64,000 nt of DNA from assembly GCF_902713615.1 (NCBI RefSeq), contig NC_052149.1, forward strand, positions 125,553,256 to 125,617,255. The letters are read 5' to 3'. Under the pieces are notes generated by a model. It searched no databases and was not told where the DNA came from. It saw only the letters and a list, made by a program, of their open reading frames with translations. Both the position numbers and the translations under genes were made by a program. The stretch comes from Scyliorhinus canicula (lineage: Eukaryota). Below, one piece after another: positions 57,901 through 64,000 of the stretch; positions within the stretch are counted from its first letter, which is position 1, and every line of letters starts with the position of its first letter.

Positions 57901-59201
57901 TGCGCCTTCCTCCACTGTGTCTCCGCCTTTCTGGTGGTCAATAAATCAAACTTGGCCTGCAAGCTACGCCGCTCCCCCAGCAATCCCTCCTCCGGGGCCT
58001 CCGCGTACCTCCTATCCACACTCAACAGCTCCTCCACCAGTCTCTCCCTCTCCCTCCTCTCCCCCCTCTCCCTATGGGATCGGATGGAGATCAGCTCCCC
58101 CCTAATCATTGCCTTAAGAGTCTCCCACACCATCCCCACCTGGACCTCCCCAGTATCATTGACCTCGAGGTACCTCTCGATATATCCCCGAACCCTCCTA
58201 CACACCTCCCCATCAGCCAACAACCCCACGTCCAGACGCCAAAGCAGGCGCTGGTCCCGCGCCTCCCCTATCTCCAGATCCACCCAATGCGGAGCATGGT
58301 CCGAAATCGCGATAGCCGAATATTCGGCCTCCTCCACCCTCGGGACCAGTCCGCTGCTCAGAACAAAGAAATCAATGTGGGAATAAACCCTGTGCACATG
58401 GGAGAAAAAGGAGTACTCCCGAGCTCTCAGCCTCCCGAACCTCCAGAGATCCACTCCTCCCATCTGGTCCATGAACCCCCTCAACACCTTGGCCGCCACT
58501 GGCCTCCTGCCTGTCCTTGAACTAGAACGTTCCAGTAGGGGATCCAGCACCGTATTGAAGTCCGCCCCCATGATCAAGCCCCCCACCTCCAGGCCAGGAA
58601 TGCGGCCCAACATACGCCTCATGAAACCAGCATCATCCCAATTTGGGGTGTACACATTTACCAACACCACCCTCTCCCCCTGCAGCTTACCGCTCACCAT
58701 CACATATCTGCCGCCACTATCAGCCACAACCTCAGATGCCTCAAACGCCACCCTCTTTCCCACCAGGATCGGCACCCCCCGGTTCTTCGAGTCGAGCCCT
58801 GAGTGGAATACCTGCCCCACCCACCCCTTCTTAAGACGGACCTGGTCCGCCACCTTCAGGTGGATCTCCTGGAGCATGGCCACGTCCGCCGTCAGCCCCT
58901 TCAGATGAGAAAACACCCGGGCCCGCTTAACCGGCCCATTCAACCCCCTCACGTTCCACGTAATCAGCCGGATCGGGGGCACCCCGCCCCCCTCCCCCGT
59001 CGACTAGCCATAATCCATCGACTGCTCGCCCCTGGCCAGCACCCATTCGGCCCGTTTCCCACGGCGATAGATCCTCACCCCCACCCCCCCCCCCCCGAAC
59101 TCCTCCCTGGCCAATCCAGCAGCAACCCGGTATCCCCCCCCCCCCCCCCCCCCCCCCCAGGCTAGGACCCCTCCTAGCCACGACTCTCCCTCCACTGTAC
59201 T
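54944..59201 (-). mobile_element. L1-clade LINE truncated upstream of ORF2, second subfamily
   Basis: 14-bp TSD GAATGAAGA(C/G)CTTG (54930-54943, 59202-59215), A tail, G-rich 3' UTR. Confidence 0.92.
55219..58982 (-). pseudogene. L1 ORF2, nearly complete, three frameshifts
   Basis: Collinear ORFs 57285-58982, 56818-57315, 55827-57059, 55219-55866: EN, RT (DAEKAFDRVEW, GTRQ, SLYAVNL), C-terminal CxxC...H..W.CP. Confidence 0.9.
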
Positions 59202-59664
59202 GAATGAAGAGCTTGTTGTATGAGGAACGGTTGAGGACTCTGGGTCCATACTCGTTGGAGTTTAGCAGGATGACGGGGATCTTATTGAAACTTACAGGAT
59301 ACTGCGAGGCCTGGATAGAGTGGACGTGGAGAGGATGTTTCCACTTGTAGGAAAAACTAGAACCAGAGGACACAATCTCAGACTAAAGGGACGATCCTTT
59401 AAAACTGAGATAGGGAGGAATTTCTTCAGCCAGTGGGTGGTGAATCTGTGGAACTCTTTGCTGAAGAAGGTTATGGAGGCCAAATCACTGAGTGTCTTTA
59501 AGACAGAGATAGATAGGTTCTTGATTAATAAGGGGATCAGGTGTTATGGGGAGAAGGCAGGAGAATGGGGATGAGAAAAATATGAGCCATGATTGAATGG
59601 GGGAGCAGACTCGATGGGCCGAGTGGCCTAATTCTGCGCCTACGTCTTATGGTCTTATGGGTTT

Positions 59665-60156
59665 CACTCAGGGTAGCAACTATCAGATCCGTTACTGCTG
59701 CCTCGGTCAGAGCACACAATGGTATATTCTTATTTAAAACTCTGTAATCCACTGGCATTCACCATGATCCATCCGGTTTCTTAACCAGTCAGAGAGGAGA
59801 ATACATGTGGGTAGAATTGGTCTCAAAGCTTTCTGTTCTACAAATGACTGTACAGCTGTCTCTAAATCCCTTTCTGCTTCTTTTGGAAATGTATAATGTC
59901 GCTGTGGCTGAGACACGGGATCACCATCAACCTGTACCTCTGTGTTCCCCATATTCCCACACTCATGTTTATGGGTGGTGAACACATACGACTGTTCCCT
60001 CAATACCTGCTGATACTCCAGAGGTACCTGTCCCCATAGGGACTTAGAAACATATAATCTTACAGAGTTAACAGGCCTGGGGCCTTTGGGCTGGGATGCT
60101 AACATCTCCTTCCTCTCGTTCAACTCCTCCCATAAACAATCATTAGTCATGTCCAT
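59665..60156 (-). pseudogene. Retrovirus-like RT N-terminal fragment
   Basis: VFTTHKHECG...PQRHYTFP.EA...VQS.VEQ..LRP then, after a frameshift, PVDYRVLNKNIP. Confidence 0.6.
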
Positions 60157-60166
60157 GGCAACGCAA

Positions 60167-60513
60167 TGTGTTTATTATATTACTTGGTTTCAGTAATATT
60201 TGAGTCTTCAAAGTAAACTGAAAGAATTTATTAAGTGTTGATAAACTAATAAATGAGTTTGACACTCTAGTGATCTAACTCTAGCAACAAAGTAAGAATG
60301 ACTAACTGTACCAGCTGTACCTAAGCTACACGTGGTGGCTGGACTAAGATCTCTCTGCTACACTGATGTTCTTCCTGTAACTCCTGCTGGAAGTGAGAGA
60401 GCTCTGGGAGCTCCGGTTATATAAGTGGGTTGTGTAATGCCCTCTAGTGGTTATGCCATAGCTGGGTGTTGTGATTAACCCCTTAGTTACATGTCTGTGT
60501 ACATTTCATTACA
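60167..60513 (-). mobile_element. Probable solo LTR related to 22541-22977
   Basis: TG...CA ends; shared segments TGTAATGCCC.CT, ATTAACCCCTT, CACGTGGTGG. Confidence 0.5.
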
Positions 60514-60559
60514 GTGTTGTCAGCCAATCGGCTCCGAGCACCCCCTTCACAGGTTGGCT

Positions 60560-61668
60560 CCACCTCACCAATATGCATAAAGGGTAAAAGGGTGACTCGA
60601 GAGAGGGTAGGGCCGCTTAAGGATAAACAAGGTCATCTATATATTGATCCACAAGGGATCGGGGAGGTCCTAAATGAATATTTCTCGTCAGTATTTACTG
60701 TTGAGAAAAGCACGAATGTTAGGGAAATTGAGGAAATAAAAAGTGATGTCTTGAGGAATGTACATATTACAGAGAAGAAAGTGCTGGAGGCATTAAAGTG
60801 CATCAAGATAGATAAATCCCTGGGACCTGATGAAACGTATCCCAGGACTTTGTGGGAAGCTAGGGAGGAAATTGTCGGCCCCCTCACTGAGATATTTGAA
60901 TCATTGACAGCCACAGGATAGGTGCCTGAGGATTGGAGGGTAGCAAATGTTGTGCCCTTGTTGAAGACTGTCGGGATAAGCCTAGGAACTACAGACCGGT
61001 TAGCCGTACTTCTGTAGTGGGTAAATTGTGAGCAGGTATTCTGAGGGACAGGATCTACAGGCATTTAGACAGGCAAAGGCTAATTAGGGAAAGTCAGCAT
61101 GGCTTTGTAAGGGGAAAGTCATGTCTCACCAATTCGATTGAGTTTTTTGAAGGGGTAACCAAGGGTAACCATAGGGGCTGGTTTAGCTCACTCAGCTAAA
61201 TCGCTGGCTTCTAAAGCAGACCAAGCAGGCCAGCAGCACGGTTCGATTCCCGTACCAGCCTCCCCGGACAGGCGCCGGAATGTGGCGACTAGGGGCTTTT
61301 CACAGTAACTTCATTGAAGCCTACTCGTGACAATAAGCGATTTTCATTTCAGAAGGTAGATGAGGGCAGTGCAGTCGAAGTTGTCTATATGGACTTCAGC
61401 AAGGTCTTTGTCAAGGTACTGCATGGTAGGTTGTTGCAAAGGTTAAATCTCGCGGAATCCAGGGGGAGATAGCCAATTGGATACAAAATTGGCTTGGCAA
61501 CCGAAGCCAAAGGGTGGTTGTGGAGGGTTGTTTTTCAAACTGGAGGCCTGTGACCAGCGGTGTGCCTCAGGGATCGATGCTGGGTCCACTGTTATTTGTT
61601 ATATATATTAATGATTTGGATGGGAATGTTGGAGGCATGGTTAGTAAGTTTGCAGGTGACACCAAGAT
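60560..61668 (+). mobile_element. Degenerate CR1 ORF2 fragment
   Basis: [45 protein letters not shown]. Confidence 0.8.
61175..61351 (+). mobile_element. Complete tRNA-derived SINE inserted in the CR1
   Basis: A-box TAGCTCACTCAG, B-box GGTTCGATTCCC, tail TGTGACAATAAGCGATTTTCATTTCA. Confidence 0.88.
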
Positions 61669-61669
61669 T

Positions 61670-62310
61670 GGTTGTCTTTGGGGTGAAAAGGTTTCATCAG
61701 TATGTCTGCAGTCACACTGTTACCGTATTCACAGACCACAAACCCCGACTCGGGTTATTTAAGGAGGATCGGGCAATTCCCCCCAAATCATCTGCTTGGA
61801 TCCAACGTGGGGCACTGCTGTTAGCTGCGTGTGAGTACGTGCTGGAACATCGTTCCGGGGCCAGGAATTCCCACATAGATGCATTGAGCTGCATCCCCCT
61901 CCCCACCAGGTCTCTATCGCCTGCCTCGGCCAGCGAGGTCATCATCACTCTCCAATGTATGTACTCCCTGATGGTCACAGCATCCTGCATCCGGAGTTAG
62001 GCCCAGACAGACCCGCAACTGTCACACGTCTGTCACTTCACACAGTGTGGGGCCCAGCATGGAGCCTTTCCGGAAGATCTAAATGCCCTTACTTCCAAGA
62101 TGCAGGAGCTGAGCATCAAGGATGGTGTTATTCTTTCGGGATATGAGCGGTGGTTCCCGAATGGGGGCGGGTCGGTCCCCTCTTACAAGACCTCCACAAC
62201 TAACATCCAGGAGTGGCCAAAATGAAGATGTTGGCCCGTAGCTACGTATGGTGGCCTGGAATTGGTGCTGGCATCGAAATATTGGCCCAGTGTTGCCGCA
62301 TTTCCGGAAG
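61670..62310 (+). mobile_element. Gypsy pol fragment (RNase H to integrase zinc finger)
   Basis: TDHKP...IQR.ALLL...Y..EHR.G..N.H.DALS; LH..HPGV.KMKMLARSYVWWPGI. Confidence 0.8.
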
Positions 62311-62319
62311 AACAGCAAA

Positions 62320-63815
62320 GTGCTAGTTAGAGTAGAAATAACAGGACATATCAGTTGAATATGTGGCTGAAGAGATGGTGTGAGGGGGAGGGTTTCAAAT
62401 TGCTGGGGCATTGGGGCCAGTTCTGGGGGAGGTGGGGCCTGTACAAACTGGCTGGGTTACACCTGGGCGGGACCAGACTGATGTTCTGGGGTTGTGTTTG
62501 CTAGAGTGGGGAGAGTTAAAAAATATTGGAAGCGAGACAAGTAATGTTAAAAAGACAGCTTAAAGGCTTTGTGCCTTAACATGTGGAACATTCGCAATAA
62601 AGTGGATGAACAAATTGTGCAAATAGACGTAAATGGGTATGATATAACTGGGATTATGGAGACATGTCTGCAGGGTGAACAGGGATGGGAACTGAATGTC
62701 CAGGGTTCTCAGTATTTAGGAAGGAGGGACAAAAGGAAAAATGTGGTGGAGTGGCATTGCTGGCTAAAGAGGGAATTAACACAAGAGTGAGGAAGGATAT
62801 TAGCTCTGACAATGTGGATGCTGTACGGGTAGAGTTGAGAAACACCAAGGGGCAAAAAACAGTGCGTGGCGTATAGAGACCCTCAAACTGCAGTGCTGAT
62901 GTTGGAAATGGCATTAGACGGGGGATTAGAGATGCATGTGATAACGGAACATCTGTAATTATGGGTGCTTTTAGTCTGCACATGGATTGGACAAATACAA
63001 TTAGCCACAAAACCTGGAGTGTGTACGGGATGGTTTTCTGGACTAATACGTTGAGGAACCAATGAGAGAGCAGGCCATCTTAGATTGTGTACTGTGTAAT
63101 AAGAATGGGATCACTGGCAATCTAGTTGTGCGAGACCCTTGGCGATGAGCGACCATAACATGATAGACATTTTAACCAAGATGGAGAGTGAAATTGGTGA
63201 TTCTGAGACTCGGGTCCTGAATCTTTAAGGAAATTATTATGATATGGGAAGTGAGTTGGGTTGATTGAGTGGGAAACATTACTTGAAGGGATGACAGTGG
63301 ATAGGCAATGGCAAACATTCAAGGAGCGCATGGGGGAACTGCCACAATTGTTCATTCCTGTCTGGCACAAAAGCAAAATAGGAAAACTGGCCAATCCATG
63401 GCTTCTTCCAAGGAAGAAGCATACGGATTGGCCAAGAAAAGCAACAAGTCTGAGGATTGGGGGCAGTTTAGAATTCCGCAAAGAAGGACCAAGGGATTGA
63501 TTAATCCTCCATGTCTGCATGGGTTTCCTTCATGCAGGTTAGATGGATAGGTCATGATGAATTGCCTCTTAGTGTCCAAAGGTTAGGTAATGGGGTTGCA
63601 GGGGTAGGGTGGCACAGTGGGCCTAGATAGGATGCACCTTCAGAGAGTCGGTGCAGACATGAAATGCTGCATGGTCTCCTTCTGCACTGTAGGGATTCTA
63701 TGATTAAGAAGGGGAAATAGAGCACACGAGCAAGCTATAAACATTTCTATGGGTAAATGAAGAGAAAAAGATTGGTGAAGACCAATGTAGGTCCCTTATA
63801 GTCAGGAACAGGGGA
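62320..63815 (+). mobile_element. CR1 5' part (ORF1 esterase end plus ORF2 endonuclease), interrupted by a V-SINE
   Basis: WCEGEGF.LLGHWGQFWGRW.LYK..GLHL; LCLN..NIRNKVDE...ET.LQ...WELN; resumes at about 63705. Confidence 0.75.
63500..63705 (+). mobile_element. 5'-truncated long-form V-SINE (HE1-like) with CR1-type tail
   Basis: TGTCTGCATGGGTTTCC core ... CTCCTTCTGCACTGTAGGGATTCTATGA; short GATTAA duplication. Confidence 0.75.
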
Positions 63816-64000
63816 ATGATGGATCTTGTCACAGAGGGCACCGTGTTGTCTCTCTTCTCCGAGGATAATGCACAGGTGTAATGAGCCATCCCTTCAGCGG
63901 GTACCTCATGTCACCCAGCAGCCAATCCTATAAGTGCCAGGGCCTTATGAACATCTGTGACACCTGGGAGTGAGTCAGGAGTTATGGGAACTCCCAGGGG

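Larger units (their letters stand above)
54350..59660 (+). mobile_element. CR1 3' fragment (54350-54943 and 59202-59660) split by an L1
   Basis: VPQGSVLGP...FAGDTK left part; YEERLRTLG...VVNLWNS right part; (CTTATGGT)n tail. Confidence 0.88.

Overview
Repeat-dense vertebrate genomic DNA, almost certainly from a cartilaginous fish (probably a catshark-like shark; inferred from the Ig gene layout and SINE families). The only recognisable host gene is an unrearranged immunoglobulin kappa (shark type III/NS4-like) cluster on the minus strand: promoter, leader exon, intact V exon with 12-RSS and, about 400 bp further, one J with 23-RSS. No C exon was found; it presumably lies left of base 1. The rest is nested transposons (L1, CR1, L2, Rex1/Babar LINEs; three SINE families; Gypsy LTR elements and solo LTRs; Harbinger-like MITEs; retrovirus-like RT fragments) and five tandem arrays (about 60, 44, 21, 54 and 36 bp units; the 54-bp array is 11.6 kb with a roughly 5-kb higher-order duplication). 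Strongest leads: (1) a 423-bp block present twice in inverted orientation carrying a cluster of B-cell enhancer motifs (PU.1-IRF EICE, E-box, RUNX, kB-like), a candidate shark Ig-kappa enhancer; (2) a very young pol-less LTR element about 1 kb upstream of the V promoter with a truncated Gag, a cluster of NRF1/CRE motifs and an orphan 836-913 aa acidic repeat ORF; (3) a Gypsy family with no tRNA PBS whose post-LTR sequence pairs over the LTR poly(A) signal; (4) a LINE carrying a tRNA plus Deu-SINE head; (5) a V-SINE variant apparently mobilised by L1. Family names come from recognition, not database searches; identity figures are by eye.
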